Shown piece by piece: positions 36,951-50,389 of a stretch of DNA of 64,000 nt. The translations under genes and the position numbers were made by a program. The notes beneath the pieces were generated by a model. That model saw only the letters and a list, made by a program, of their open reading frames with translations, searched no databases and was not told the DNA's origin. This DNA comes from Octopus vulgaris (Eukaryota). The stretch's first letter is position 1, and each line of letters starts with the position of its first letter. The stretch lies in contig OX597817.1 in assembly GCA_951406725.2 (NCBI GenBank), forward strand, positions 145,080,001 through 145,144,000. Direction: 5' to 3'.

Positions 36951-37363
36951 TATATTATTGCTTTCTTGCTTTCCTTTTGTTAAATTTTAAACTCTTTAAG
37001 ATCTGTAGATGTGTGTGTGCGTGTGATTGCATATATATGTGAGCATGTCTGGACATATATCCTTTAATTTTGTTTTTGCTAACACATATGCTGTGTGTGT
37101 TTTTTTAGTTCTTTGGTTTGCCTTAGTCAACACTGTTATTAAGGCTGGGATGAAACTGCTAAGCTGTGTGGTTAAAAAGTCTGTGTTGCATGCAACCAGG
37201 TGATTCCAGTTTGATGTCACTGCATGGAATTTTGGTCAAATGCCTTCTGTCATAGTATCAGGCTGACCAGTACTTTGTCAGTGGAATGTAATAGATGGAA
37301 CAGTATTGAGATGCATATTGTGTGCACACATGTATGTGCATGATGTGTGCTTGTATATGTTCG

Positions 37364-38034
37364 CGAGGTCTGATCAGAAAGTATAGAGACTGCTGCTATG
37401 GTAACGGAGCTGAAATACGCAGAGCGAAGTAATTTGGCACAAGTTGACCTTGAACTCTGTCTCACATGCATACTAAGTTTTAACATTCTCACTTCCGTTG
37501 TTTATGGCAGTGCTTGAAAGTAAAGTGTGTAGAGTGTGGTCATCTCACCACACCATAGAGGATCCATCAGTGACCATGGCAGAGAAAATTTCAAGTTATC
37601 AAGGAAATCCAAAGGATGTGGCAAAGCAGCTGCTTGTTATTTCCAAAAAAAAGGGGTTCCATGAATGCTTCCATCAATGGAAATGACACTGGCTAAAACG
37701 TGTGGCTCCAGAAGGGGATTATTTCAAAGGAGATTAAGTTCCGAATTGATATGTGTTGTAGTCTTCTTTCTATAGCACCAGTCATGATACTTTTAATCCT
37801 TTTGTTACCGTATTTCTGTTGAGATGCTCTATTTTTCTTTCAATTAATTTTAGATATAACAAAGAATTTAGTAAAATAACTTAGTTATCATTAAGATAGT
37901 GTTAGGAACATAAATTGTGACTAAGGTTTGGTGGAAGATTTTAATTCAAAACTTATACAAACAAGACAGTTGTTCTACAGAGCCAGAGGCAGTTTCAGCA
38001 AGGTTGGTATCGAAAGGGCTAAGATCAGCCCTTG
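37364..38034 (+). mobile_element. Internally deleted mariner transposon with a MITE in its right TIR
   Basis: Left TIR CGAGGTCTGATCAGAAAGTAT; transposase C-terminus GFHECFHQWK*HWLKRVAPEGDYFKGD* (stop at 37735-37737); right TIR split as GATACTTTT...GATCAGCCCTTG. Confidence 0.8.
37797..38018. mobile_element. piggyBac-like MITE family M1, copy 4
   Basis: TTAA at 37793-37796, CTAA at 38019-38022; matches the other M1 copies. Confidence 0.85.
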
Positions 38035-38959
38035 GATATTTACAATATACAATCTGGTGTTACTTTCATATCCCATAACTTAGTGGTTCAACAAAAGAGG
38101 GTCATTAAGATATTTATGAGACTGAAATAAGTAAAAAAAAAAAAAAAGTACTTAAAGGCATTGCCCTAGCCTGGCTACAGTTCAGTAACTGAAACTATTC
38201 AAAGAATATATAGAATAATTGTGTGTATATGTGTGTGTAAATACTGAATACAAAGGCATCAGTGTAAATGTTTAGAAAAAAGGCAAATGTTGAAGATTCA
38301 AAGTTTCTTTACTTTCAGTTTCTTGTTAGATTCTCAAACAAAATCTGAGAAGTGAAACGGGAAACTGTTCATAAAAATATTCTTTTAAAAAAATGAAAAT
38401 AACAAGGAAGCATTTGATTGGATGTGTTAATGAAGACAATTAAATATACAAATGTATTTGGTAGGGTGATATTTAAAAAAAATATTTAAGTGCTTATATC
38501 TAAAATGGTTAAAAAATCTAATTTATTAATGAATAAATTAAAAATTAAGTAGAATAATGATGCCATTCAGTTGCCAGTTTAACTGAAGGTATTTCGGGCC
38601 ATTCACAAGACTTCATTCACTCTCAGATACTACAAAATCAAAGAAAGAGTAAGCCACAGAATACGAAAAAATGAGTGAAACAGTGTTAAAAAAAACAGTA
38701 TATATATTCTGTTTTATAAACTGAATTCTGTTTCTTCCATTTTTAAAGCCAAACATGTGTAAGATAGATAGTGTACCATATATATATATATATATATTGA
38801 TATATATATGGTGCTAGAGCATCCAGCCATAAAAACCATGTCAAAACAGACAGTGAAGCTTGGTACAGTCCTCTGGCTTGCCAGCTCCTGTCAAACCATC
38901 CAACTCAGAGTATGGAAGACATGGGAAGATATATATATGTGTGTGAGTGTGTATCATAT

Positions 38960-38990
<31 letters not shown>

Positions 38991-39380
38991 GGCACAGGAG
39001 TGGCTGTATGGTAAGTAGCTTGCTTACCAACAACATGGTTCTGGGTTCATTCCCACTGCATGGCATCTTGGGCAAGTGTCTTCTACTATAGTCTCAGGCC
39101 GACCAAAGCCTTGTGAGTGGATTTGGTAGACAGAAACTGAAAGACGCCCATCGTATATATGTGTGTGTGTGTATATTGTTGTATGTGTATGTTTGTACCC
39201 CCACCATTGCTTGATAAACGAAGGTGGTGTGTTTATATCCCCGTAACTTAGCAGTTCAGCAAAATAGACCGAAAGGATAAGTACAAGGCTTACAAAGAAT
39301 AAGTTCTGGGGTTGATTTGTTCGACTAAAGGCGGTGCTCCAGCATGGCCACAATCAAATGACTGAAACAAACAAAAGAAT
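38991..39380 (+). mobile_element. SINE family A
   Basis: Full-length match. Confidence 0.9.
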
Positions 39381-39400
39381 ATATATATATATACACACAC

Positions 39401-39721
39401 ACTGGCTTCCGTGTTGGTGGCACGTAAAAAGCATCATCCAAATCGTGGCCGAAGCCAGTGCCGCCTCGACTGGCTTCCATGCCGGTGGCACGTAAAATGC
39501 ACCAATCCGACCATGGCCGATGCCAGCCTCGCCTGGCACCAGTGCAGGTGGCACGTAAAAAGCACCCACTACACTCACGGAGTGGTTGGCATTAGGAAGG
39601 GCATCCATCTGTAGAAACATTGCCAGATAAGACCGGAGCCTGGTGCAGCCTTCTGGCTTCCCAGATCCCCGGTCGATCTGTCCAACCCATGCTAGCATGG
39701 AGAACGGACGTTAAACGATGA
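39401..39721 (+). mobile_element. RTE LINE 3' UTR
   Basis: Same subfamily as 10901-11331. Confidence 0.88.
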
Positions 39722-40477
39722 ATACATCATATGCACATAAACTCATGCACACTTAACATTTTATATATTTGTATGTATGTGCGTGTGTGTATGTAATTCA
39801 ATAATGACTATATTTTAAACATGAATGAATCTCTCCAACTTATGAACTTATGTTTGCATGTAACAGAGAAGAAAATTACACACACACACACATGTATTAT
39901 TTGTATGGGTTGTTGACTTTTAATTTTTCTTCTTTTCAATTAGTTTTTTTTTTTCCATATTTTCTTTTAATATTGTGATAATAACAGCAAGCGGCTTTGT
40001 TTTTCTAAGAGACTGTCTACATATTTCATTTGATGCCCCATATTTGGGTTGACATTTTTTTTATCACCATTAGTTAATTCCTTGCACTAAAGCAAAGGGT
40101 GTGTCAGAGTGTAGTCGAGGGAAGACATAGTTTCTTATTTTCTTGTTTCATTTTGTTCTTTACATTGTAAAACTTCAAAATAATTTTAATTCTAAAAAAA
40201 TAATTCTAAAAAGACAACTGGACTGAAGTTTTTTTTTGTTTGTTAGATTTTTTTTTTTTTTTGTGTTGTAGTTTCTTATTTTCTGAATCTCATTTTCCAA
40301 TCTGCTGAAAATTTAAATTCCAAACATCTTGGTAAAATGAAATGTCTTTCTCATATTTCAAACATTACATTGCTACGATTTTAACTCAAAACCAGTGTCT
40401 TGTGCAGGTTCTTCAATCAAAAGCCAACAATAGAAAGCCTTTATGCAGTTGCTAAATTGTTAGAAAATAACAAGTGA

Positions 40478-40790
40478 AGGCTTATGGCTTAGTGTATTCA
40501 CCTCATGATCGTAAGGGTATGAGTTCAATTCCCAGTGACATGTGTCCTTGAGCAAGACACCTTATTCCCTAATGTTCTAATTCACTCAGCTGGCAAAATG
40601 GTTAGTTCTTGTATCTCAAAGAGTCAACCTTGTCACATTCTGTGTCACTCTGAATCTCTCTGAGAACTACATTAAGGGTACGTGTGTCTGTGGCACGCTC
40701 AGCCACTTGTGTGTTAATTTCTCAAACAGGCTATTCCGTTGAACAAATCAACTGGAACCCTTGTTATCGAAACCGACAGAATGCCAGACT
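40478..40790 (+). mobile_element. SINE family C
   Basis: Head GGCTTAGTG...GAGTTCAATTCC; TGTGTCCTTGAGCAAGACAC. Confidence 0.78.
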
Positions 40791-41559
40791 TTAGTCATAA
40801 AATATGAGAAATATATTGTTGTGTTTCCCAACATCAGCATTTTATGAATAGTAAAGCAGTACTATCTTAAGACATATGCACATGAGACAGTTGCCTGAGA
40901 GCCTCACAGGTTTAAGGGCCCACTTCTGATCTATATATGTGATGTGCCTTACTGTCATTAAATAATATGATAGGACCCAGTGCATTGATTTTCCTGAGAG
41001 CCTACTAGACTGCTAAGATGGCCCTGTTCAATGGAGCTTGTGTATAGCTTTGACTCTTTGATTTGTATATATTCACACAAGAATTTAAACTTATATGAGA
41101 GAAGGAATGAGATTATATGTCGGAAGAGATTCGTAAGTGAAGTTTTTAAACCCTTAGCATTCAAGCCACCATATCTGGCCTAAAGGCTCTTGTTTTTTGT
41201 TCAAAGTGTGAAACAGAAGCATTGCCTGATTAGGGTGATGGACAAAGCCAGTCCATCACCACCACCACCAGGTGCAAGTGTGAAGCATGCAGAATTTCCT
41301 CTGGCCTATCATACCTTAATACTGAGAGCCTTCTCTACATTATCAATCTCATCATTATTTGGTATCCATATAGCCATGCTTGCATGGGTCTGTCAGAATT
41401 TTGTAGAGGCAGATTTTCTGCAGCCTGATCCCCTTTCCAAGCAAGCTAATATTTCCCACAGCTTGACATATTTTCCACAGAAGACTGAAAATGAACCCCA
41501 TCTCTTTTATGAAAGTGATGCTCATTTACAACCACCATATGCTGTCATGACAAGGGTAC

Positions 41560-42125
41560 ACAGACACACATTTAACAAACTCTCTTACAAGTCTCTGGTT
41601 GGCCCAGTGTTATAATAGAAGACACTTACCCAAAGTGGCACACAGTGTGACTGAACCCAGGACCACATGGTTGGGAAGCAAGCTTTTCAACCACACATTC
41701 ACACTCGTTTTGAAATAGATTCAAATGAGATTTCAGATTTGCCTTTGCTATGTTTTCAGTAATTTCTACATAGAATTTATAACAACTTCTTCATGCAATG
41801 CCAAGAAGTGTGTCTTGCTTCCCAACCACACGGTTCTGGGTTCTGTCCTACAGTGTGGCACCTTGGGTAAGTATCTTCTACCAAAGCCTTGTGAGTGGAT
41901 TTGGTCAACAGAAACTGAAAGAAGCCCATCTTATGTGTGTGTGCATGTGAATGCCTTTGTGTTGGTGTGTTTATGTCCTTGTAACTCAGCAGTTTGGCAA
42001 AAGGGACCAACAGAATAATTGCTAAGCTTTAAAGAATATGTACTGGGGACAATTCATTCAACTAAAGTTTTTTTTTGCCCCTGTATGGTCACTGTCTAAC
42101 GACTGAAACAAGTAAAAGATGAAAG
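41560..42125. mobile_element. Two SINE A copies in divergent orientation (41560-41700 minus, 41800-42125 plus)
   Basis: Family A motifs on opposite strands. Confidence 0.75.
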
Positions 42126-42459
42126 ATATTACAGTTATTTATTGATTGAGCTTCAAATGACAACAGCTAAAGTTGACACCAGTAGGATTTCAGTCGACAA
42201 AATTATATTCTGTAAAGTCTTTATATCCAACTTAACATGGCTGTGTTGTTAGAATGTCAAATACCATGGTATTCACCTTGTGAGGACTTCTCAAATAGAT
42301 GTACAGTGTTAAGAGCATAGAAGCTGAAACTTCCAGATCACATGATTTCAATATATTGCACTTCTTCAATGGCAGCTGTCTGGTCACCACATACCAACCA
42401 AACCTCACTACAGATGAGATATAGAATAACTGTCTTTTCAGTCATTGATGTTGCAGATA

Positions 42460-42670
42460 ACCATGTGTGTCTATGTTTGTCCCCCCCAACATCGCTTGAC
42501 AACCAATGTTAGTGTGTTTATGTCCCCATCACTTAGCGGTTCAGCAAAAGAAACTGATAGAATAAGTACTAGGCTTACAAAGAATAAGTCCTGGAGTCGA
42601 TTTGCTCAACTAAAGGTGGTGCTCCAGCATGGCCACAGTCAAATGACTGAAACAAGTAAAAAAGTAAAGA
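42460..42670 (+). mobile_element. SINE family A, 3' half
   Basis: TGTTTGTCCCCCCAACATCGCTTGACAACC...GAAACAAGTAAAA. Confidence 0.85.
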
Positions 42671-42782
42671 GTGTGTATATTCCATGCTTCTTCCTTATTC
42701 CTAAATTTCAAATTCACTTTCCTAATCCTGCCAAATATTACAAAGAAATTATTATCTCCCTTGTTTTAAGTATCTGCTAGAA

Positions 42783-42870
42783 CAGTGCTACTCAAAGTGG
42801 TGGTCTGCAGATCAGCACCGGTCCATGAGCCATCAGCTGCAGGTACATGGTGAATTTACAGAAAATAAAG
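42783..42870. mobile_element. hAT (Charlie-like) terminal fragment
   Basis: CAGTGCTACTCAAAGTGGTGGTC...CCGGTCCA resembles Charlie/MER5-type ends. Confidence 0.5.
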
Positions 42871-42969
42871 AATCATTATAAAATGCTTATTAAAATGCTT
42901 ATGTAATATTGTATTATTTGGGCACAAAATAAATATAAGATAAAAAAAAAAAATTGTCAACTTTTATTA

Positions 42970-43177
42970 TACTCTTTACTCTTTTACTTGTTTCAGTCAT
43001 TTGATTGTGGCCATGCTGGAGCACTGCCTTTAGTCGAGCAAATTGACCCCAGGACTTATTCATTGGAAGCCTAGTACTTATTCTATCAGTCTCTTTTGCT
43101 GAACTGCTAAGTTACAGGAACATAAACACACCACCATCGACTGTCAAGCGATGTTGGGGGGACAAACACAAACATAT

Positions 43178-43241
<64 letters not shown>

Positions 43242-43403
43242 GATAGGCTTCTTTCAGTTTCCGTCTACCAAATCCACTCACAAGGCTTTGGTCGGTTCGA
43301 GGCTATAGTAGAAGACACTTGCCCAAGGTGCCATGCAATGGAAATGAACCCAGAACCATGTGGCTGGTAAACAAGCTAGTTACCACACAGCCACTCCTGT
43401 GCC
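42970..43403 (-). mobile_element. SINE family A
   Basis: Full-length match. Confidence 0.9.
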
Positions 43404-45974
43404 TATATATTCATTATATATATTGTATAAATTAATATTACTAAGAAATATTTTTGGTCCTTGGCACATTGGGGAAAAAAACTGCTGGTATGCCACATCA
43501 GATATTTTGAGAAGCACTGTTTTAGGGGATCCCAGTATTGTCATCTGTCTGTAAAACAATGTTTCAAATAACACATTTATCCAACCCATGCAACTATGGA
43601 AAAATGGATGAAAAACAAGCAAAAACTTTTACAGTAAGCAGGTTCAAGAATGTTTCATAAAGTGACACCAAAATTTTAAACTATTTCAGAAATTTTTAAA
43701 AAACCTCCCTCTCTCAATATTTGCCTATCCAGGTATTTATTTTCAAAGCACAGTTCTAACATATCTGTCTATGCTAAACTATAATAATGTTCAATCTGAT
43801 AATATCATCATTTAATCATTCATTAGAGAGCAATAATGATGAGATAGAAACTTAGAAGCAACTAAATATGTCACAAATAAAGTGTTTGATCTCTCTACAG
43901 CTGTGTCACTGCAAAATCACCCTAAGGCATACATTAAGGAAAACAACATGGTGCTTTCTTGACAATAGTCATCTCTAATATAACAATGTTCTAATCTATT
44001 AACAGTGAATTAATTTCTTAATCCTGTGCCAAAACACTTTCACTGTTTTTTATTAGACCTCTTTGTCAGTCTCTAGTCTGTGCTGTTATTGTGAAGAACA
44101 TAATTTATGTTGCGACATACAGCAAGGAAATCTTCTATCCAAGCCTTCCATGTTGTTGTCAAGGCAGACTGCTGCCAATACTAAAAAATAAATAAATAAA
44201 TTAGCTATTGTTATAGTTTTGGAATATTATCATTAGATTGCACAAGATTTATTGACAGTAGTTGTATGTAGCCTTATTCCAAAAATATTTCTGAAGACTT
44301 TATCATTCGCACTAATTTAATAATGGTGGAAGTTATTATACTCCGAATATAAATTATTACTGGAAACTTTTTATTTTCTCAGGGTTTATTGACTGTCTTA
44401 TTCTTCCTCTGAATAATAAGTGATTTCTGAAAACTTAACTTCACTTATTTGTTCAGATTTAAAGGGGAAAAATCATATCAACTTAACTGTTCCTCTTATA
44501 AACAAAATGTGTGGATCAGATAATTCTTCTGATTGTTTTTAAATTACATCTTCCTCACTCTTTGTCTAGAATTAATCACAAAACAATAACAACAAAAACA
44601 GTAATAATAAGAAGCCCTGATAGTAACACCCAATTTATCATTCTTCTGTTGTTTATCATAAATAATTTTCCTTGATTTGTCTGCTAAAAACAAGGAAGCA
44701 AGGAATTAAATTTCAGTCATTGTGTTGTGCAGCCAAAGGAATAAAAGAGCCTGAAATCCTGGCAGATCTTTTGTTCTCTTCTGTAGATTTTGATAAAGTA
44801 AAATATTCATGTTAAGAAAAAGAACAGTGATTTAAATCCCCCATTTCTCAAGTAAATCTCTGGTGCTATTCTACTTACTAAAAGAGTCACACACTGTTAT
44901 AGTTCTATATTATACAAGCAGCACCTTTTAGAAGATAAGGACAAGGATTTCTTAGTTAATATTTTAGCCTCTTTGTTATTGTTGATGTTTGGGTTTTTCT
45001 TTTACTTATTTGTTTTCCTTCACCCAAATTTCAGAATCTTGCTTGCTGCCAGTCAGTCAGTCAGCCAGCCAGTCAGGCCGACAGACAGACAGCCAACCAG
45101 CCACATATGTGTCCTTCAAGCTTTCTTCGCACTCTACTGATAGTGAAATCCACTCCTTTAACGCAAGCCCAAGAGAGCTTTTATTTTAGTTTATTTTATT
45201 ATTATTATTATTATTCCTGTCTGGCTTAGTCAGCCATCCCATGTGTTACTTTGGTGTCAGGCCTCCCGCTCCTTCTGTCTTACCAGCAGTAGCAGCAGCA
45301 GCATCAGTAGCAGCAGCATCAACCCTTAGGTTTCTTGTTTCTTTGCCTTTACTCTATCTTTCCTTCTCTACATCCTCCTTTATATCCCTTTTCCCCCACT
45401 ACACATGTTTATTATCTGCTGCTAGTCTTGACTTCATCACACACAATGGCTACTATGGTTAGAAGAGGTGGATACCACCACTAACCACTTTCTTATGTCA
45501 AAAGCTACTAAGAAAAACAATTCTAGTCTTGACAACTTTTCTGCTTCTGTCTTCTACCAATTGGTATGTCTTAGCGACATATACACATCAGTTGGAAGGA
45601 GTTTGCCTCCTGTTTTTACTTGCTTCTTTAAAAAAATGGAAAAGTTTAACTACTTCTTCAGGAATATCTTTCAAAGTTGTACATAGCAGCAAAAGAGAGC
45701 AGCTTCGTTAGTGTTGACATGTGAAGTTTCTCTAAAAGTTTATATAAGCCGACATCAAGTTCTAATCATAGATAGTAGTACTAGAGTGATAGTGGTAACA
45801 ACAACAGCCACTGCGTGGCATTGCTGACTGCAGCAGGATAACGAATTATATAAATAAGTCTATTAATCGCATACCTGTTATTACATATTAAAACATCAAA
45901 CTTTTGCCGCTTAAGAAACATACCTGCTTCACCTTGATTTTACCTGATACTAGTGGAAAGGAAAGCAAAGCAAA

Positions 45975-46149
45975 ATGGTGCTGATTACTCAGAACAAAAC
46001 TAATACCACAAAAATCAAACAGGTCAGAATGGTTCTACCTGTGACCACACCCAGCCCTTCACCATCCCCTCCACCTTTACCTGGATGCAATAGCCATCCG
46101 GATTCTTGCCAGGATTGTAAATGTCAAACAGTCTACATACAATGTGAAG
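45975..46149 (+). CDS. Candidate alternative first coding exon (MVLITQNKTN...PSPSPSPPPLPGCNSHPDSCQDCKCQTVYIQCE-), product unknown
   Basis: Start context GCAAAATGG; 58 codons plus 1 nt, then AG|GTAATA donor (phase 1); non-repetitive, Pro/Cys-rich; lies in a SINE-free island. Confidence 0.55.
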
Positions 46150-48743
46150 GTAATATATATACACACACATATATATATATACATGCATATATAATATTTA
46201 TGTGTATATTTTGTTTTTTTCTTTGTATCAAGTTTTGTTGTTTTGTTACTATATTTTCATATAATTAATTAGTTAATTGCAGGTGTTTCTTAATGATCTT
46301 TTTTGAAATTCTAATTGTTGGAGACAAGTTTTAACTGGACAACTTTCTCACAATATTCTGTGATTTACCGCTTCCATCACAGATTTTAAATTGACAACTG
46401 AATATTTACAGTCCACAGAAGCTTGACTCTCTCTCTATCTCTCTCTCTCTCTCTCTCTTTATCTTTCTCTCTCTCAGTGCTTTTAGAACTAAAGACTTCA
46501 ATTGTTTTCCTATTGAGATCTTCGGAAATTTAGATATTTCAAAGTACTCATTTCAAAATAACATACACTGATATACACAAAACTGTTTAGCTTTGCATGA
46601 GATTTAATTATTGTGTGTGTACAAGAAGGTACATGTATATGTGGGTGTGTTTAAATTAATATTTTTGATAACACAAAACTTTAAAGATTTCTTAAATGAA
46701 ACAAATATTAACATCTACCTTAGTGCTTAAATTATAATCCTAACATAACTTTAATCACATTTCTTATCCTATGAAGAGGCGATTCTATACATTCACTACT
46801 GGAATAAATTAATATTCTTTTTTACTGACTCCTTTCATACAAAGAAATCCAGGGTTATCAAAACTTAGAATTGTTAATAATTCATTGGGCATTTTTTCTT
46901 GTTAGTTTTCAATCTTGTTATTATTACTACAATTAAATCACATCGTAATCTCTTTACTATCCTCAGCAGAGACTATGATTTTGGCAGTCTGGTCAGTTTG
47001 TTGTTGTCCAGATAAAGCTTATGTTCAGTTATTTACACACACACACACACACTGTGGGGTTTAATAAGTTATAATTTGTTTTTATGACAAGTTATATATG
47101 TAATGTTCAGTTTCTAAACAACAACACTTCCAATAACTTTATTCTAATTCTGGCCCCTTCAGTCAAAACATTGGGAGTGCCACTCCAAGAATGACAACAT
47201 CTGGGAAATAACTTATGTTGTTTTGCTAATGGGTTTTATCTTTTGTTTTTTTTTTAATTAAAAATAAATGAGTGAGGAAACATCACTAGTCTTGTGAGAT
47301 TTGGTCATAATCTCTGCAGTGTTTGTGGATAGAATTCAAAGTTCTACATTGTTATGTCTGTCCTGGTTAATCCAAGACATCTGATCGTCTCTTCTAGATG
47401 CAGAAGGAAAAAGTCAATATTGTTTATCTTTTGTTCAGCAGATTAAATACCTTACAAGATTGAATTTTGCCACTCTGTGTTGTGAGTCCAAATCCTCCTT
47501 GGGTCAGTTTTTGCCTCTCACACACACCTCAACAGGGGAGCTTCTGTATAGTCACTCAGCCTGCTAGAAATAACAGCCAAATCTTCCTCAAATTATTTCT
47601 TAAAAAAGAATTCACCCAATAATATAAAGGTGGTGTTGAGTGCCTTGTACATAGGAGAAAGATGAGGTGGAGTTTCAGAATAGTGACAAATATTTCACGG
47701 GGAAAGGCCAAGGGCATGAAATTGGGGACAAAAGTGTAAGAAATCAAACTTTTTTTTTTTGGCGGGGTGGGGGACCCCATTTCTTTGTAAATTGTAATCC
47801 CTCTTGTATGAAATACAGGGATACTAAAAATGTAAAGAGGAAAAAGAAACCCCACTTCCTTGCCCTTTCCCTTCCTCTTGAGGTAAGTAATAGCTATTCC
47901 AAAACTCTGCCAATGATGAAATGGTCATGGCTGGAATCCCTTTGATCATAATTCTGATCAAAATTGATCTGGTGCTAAACAAAAACATGATAAAAGTACC
48001 AATCTTGTATGGGGGAGGGTATTTGATTTCTTCCCTCTTTTTAATGATTGCAGTATAACACCTTATTTATTAATTGTCACCTATTCCCCTCTCTATAAAT
48101 GCCGGTGAGGTGGCTGCTACCATATGCCGTATACTATATCTATGTGTTTACCATTATTGATATTATTTTACTGAGAGCGGCAAAACTGAAGATCATATCC
48201 AAGGTGTGGTTATTGCTACTTAAAACTATTATTTTATTATCATTCCTCAGTTCTACATCATCCCCTTATGTTTAGAAATCATTTATTATTATCATTGGCC
48301 AAATGCCAAAAGTTGGGAACCACTATTATTTTTATTAGATTTTATTATTAGAAATCATTATTATAAATATGTGAGAAGTAACAAACCCTAAAACACCGAA
48401 CCATATTCTTCGCAGTATATTTATTCAGCGACTCACATTTCTGTTTTCAAACTTTTCCATTATCAGCCTTGACTGTTATCTCTTCAGAATCAATAAATAA
48501 CAGCCAGTTATGCTTTGGATGCCGGTTATTTATTTCTTTAGTAATTATAATTAGTAATTATAATTAACCACCTAGTACTTGCTTTTTCTTCTGACACACT
48601 AATTCACAATCGTTAATACTCTTGAGTCTTCATGACATTGATTCACTTAGAAACTCTTCTCCCTGGTTAAATTGGTTGTATGTTTAAACAAAGAAGCCAT
48701 GTATATTAATCACTCTTAAATCCTGTCAACTGAGTAGAACATG

Positions 48744-48784
48744 CACCACTGAGGAAGTTTAATAAGACCGAAACATGTCTGTTG
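48744..48784 (+). ncRNA. Minimal type I hammerhead-ribozyme-like motif
   Basis: CACCA-CTGAGGA-A-GTTT-AATA-AGAC-C-GAAA-CATG-TC^TGTTG, with canonical CUGANGA and GAAA boxes, palindromic CAUG loop III and a GUC site. Confidence 0.6.
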
Positions 48785-49026
48785 TTTTCCCCACTTTGTT
48801 TTAAGGACCAGGTCTACTTCAATCTACCTTGTCTGCAATGTCCAAAAGTTTTGATCAACTGATCTGATCAGGGTTATCGCCATTGCTTTTTTTTTTTTTG
48901 CTTTTTTCTTTAGATTTTGAACACCCACAGAGGGAGTTTTTGTCTACTAATGGTTTTGATAGATAAGCTGATCAAAGTTTTTCTACTTAATATACAACAT
49001 ATGTGAGACTTTACCACATATATTAC

Positions 49027-49180
49027 ATCATCATCATCATTTAACGTCCGTGTTCCATGCTAGTATGGGTGGGACGGTACCACAAAAGTTGGTCAGGCCA
49101 AAGCCTGCACCAGACTTCTGTGACTGTTTTGGCAAGATTTTAACAGCTGTATGCCCTTCCTAATACCAACCACTCAACAA
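49027..49180 (-). mobile_element. RTE-type 3' end, degenerate
   Basis: (CAT)n TTTAACGTCCG...CCATGCTAG. Confidence 0.75.
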
Positions 49181-49212
49181 TGAATTACAGCCATTGTTTT
49201 TTTCTCTTGGGC

Positions 49213-50165
49213 AAAATGGATTGACAGAATCATAAGGGCATTGGACAAAAAGCCTTGTGGTGTTTATGTTCTGACCTCAAATCCCACCAAGGTTAACTTT
49301 GCCTTTCATCCCTCTAGGGTTGATAAAATAAAATTAAGTACCACTATACTGGTGTTGATGGTATCAACTGACCCCTCCCCTCAAAGTTGTTCAGACTTGT
49401 GCCTAAATTAGAAATCATTATCTTTATCCTTATAAGGGTGGTGGATTAGCAGCACTGTTAAAACATTGGACAGAATGCCTTACAATATTTCTTCTTGCTC
49501 TTTAAGTAAATTCTGGGTTCAAATTCTACCAAGGTCATCTTTGTTATTCATCCCTCCGAGGACAATAAATTAAAATATATTGCTAGTACTGGGTTCCATT
49601 AACCCCTACTTTCAAAATTTTTTTCTTTATTGCTTCCAGTCCAAAGAGGCTTAGAGGTTAGTTGGTGAGTTGACAGAATTGTTAAGACATCAAGCAAAAT
49701 CTGTTGTGTTTGGGGAGAGTCATTTTCTTTTTGTGCCTTATAATTTAACACACTCACCGGTAAAATTTCCATTTATTTCTTATTTTTATTTTCCTAAAAT
49801 TTTCATTGCGTCTTGCAACCTTTTCAATAGTCTTGACTCTCTATTTTTTATCAAAATTTTACCGGTGAGTGTGTTAAATTATAAGGCACAAAAAGAAAAT
49901 GACTCTCCCCAGACACAACAGAATATGCTTCAACACATGAACTCACATAAAGAATCTTGCAAACCAAATCCAAAAACGAAATCAGGCAAAATGTTTAGCT
50001 GAATTCCTTCTGGTTTTTCACATCCTAAATTCAAATTCTACCAACATCAACTTTGCCTGTCATCCTTTCGGGATTGATAAAGTACCAGTCACGTACTGAG
50101 GTCAATCTAATTGACTAGCCCCCAGTCCCAAATTCAGGCCTTGTGCCTATATCAGAAACAATTAT
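49213..50165 (+). mobile_element. Three tandem degenerate SINE B-related copies, the third interrupted
   Basis: Repeated TCAAAT(T/C)C(T/C)ACCAA...CTTTG...TCATCC cores at about 49280, 49520 and 50030. Confidence 0.7.
49701..49980. mobile_element. Inverted-arm non-autonomous element (Penelope-like), copy 1
   Basis: Inverted arms of about 69 bp (49700-49768 / 49854-49922) plus a tail of about 60 bp; TSD ATCA(A/G)GCAAAAT at 49689-49700 and 49981-49992. Confidence 0.8.
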
Positions 50166-50389
50166 TATTTCCATTCTAGGCATAATGTTACACAATCTCA
50201 TTTCCAATTCCCTTTTTTTTAAATCTGCGACCTGGCACCACGCCATGTCCTCCCTGGCAGTAAGACCCCCATCTCCTCCCCTGCCAGGGTCATTATTTAC
50301 TCTCACATCCCAGCTACAGCTGGTAGCACTGAAATTCCAAACATACATTAATGCCACGTTGTTTGTTCCATGTTCTTCTCCTCTGACAA

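Noticed and set aside
49670-50002. Paralogous ORFs at 49670 and 56682 suggesting a small gene family
   Set aside because: They are AT-rich read-throughs of the inverted-arm element, with different starts and stops.
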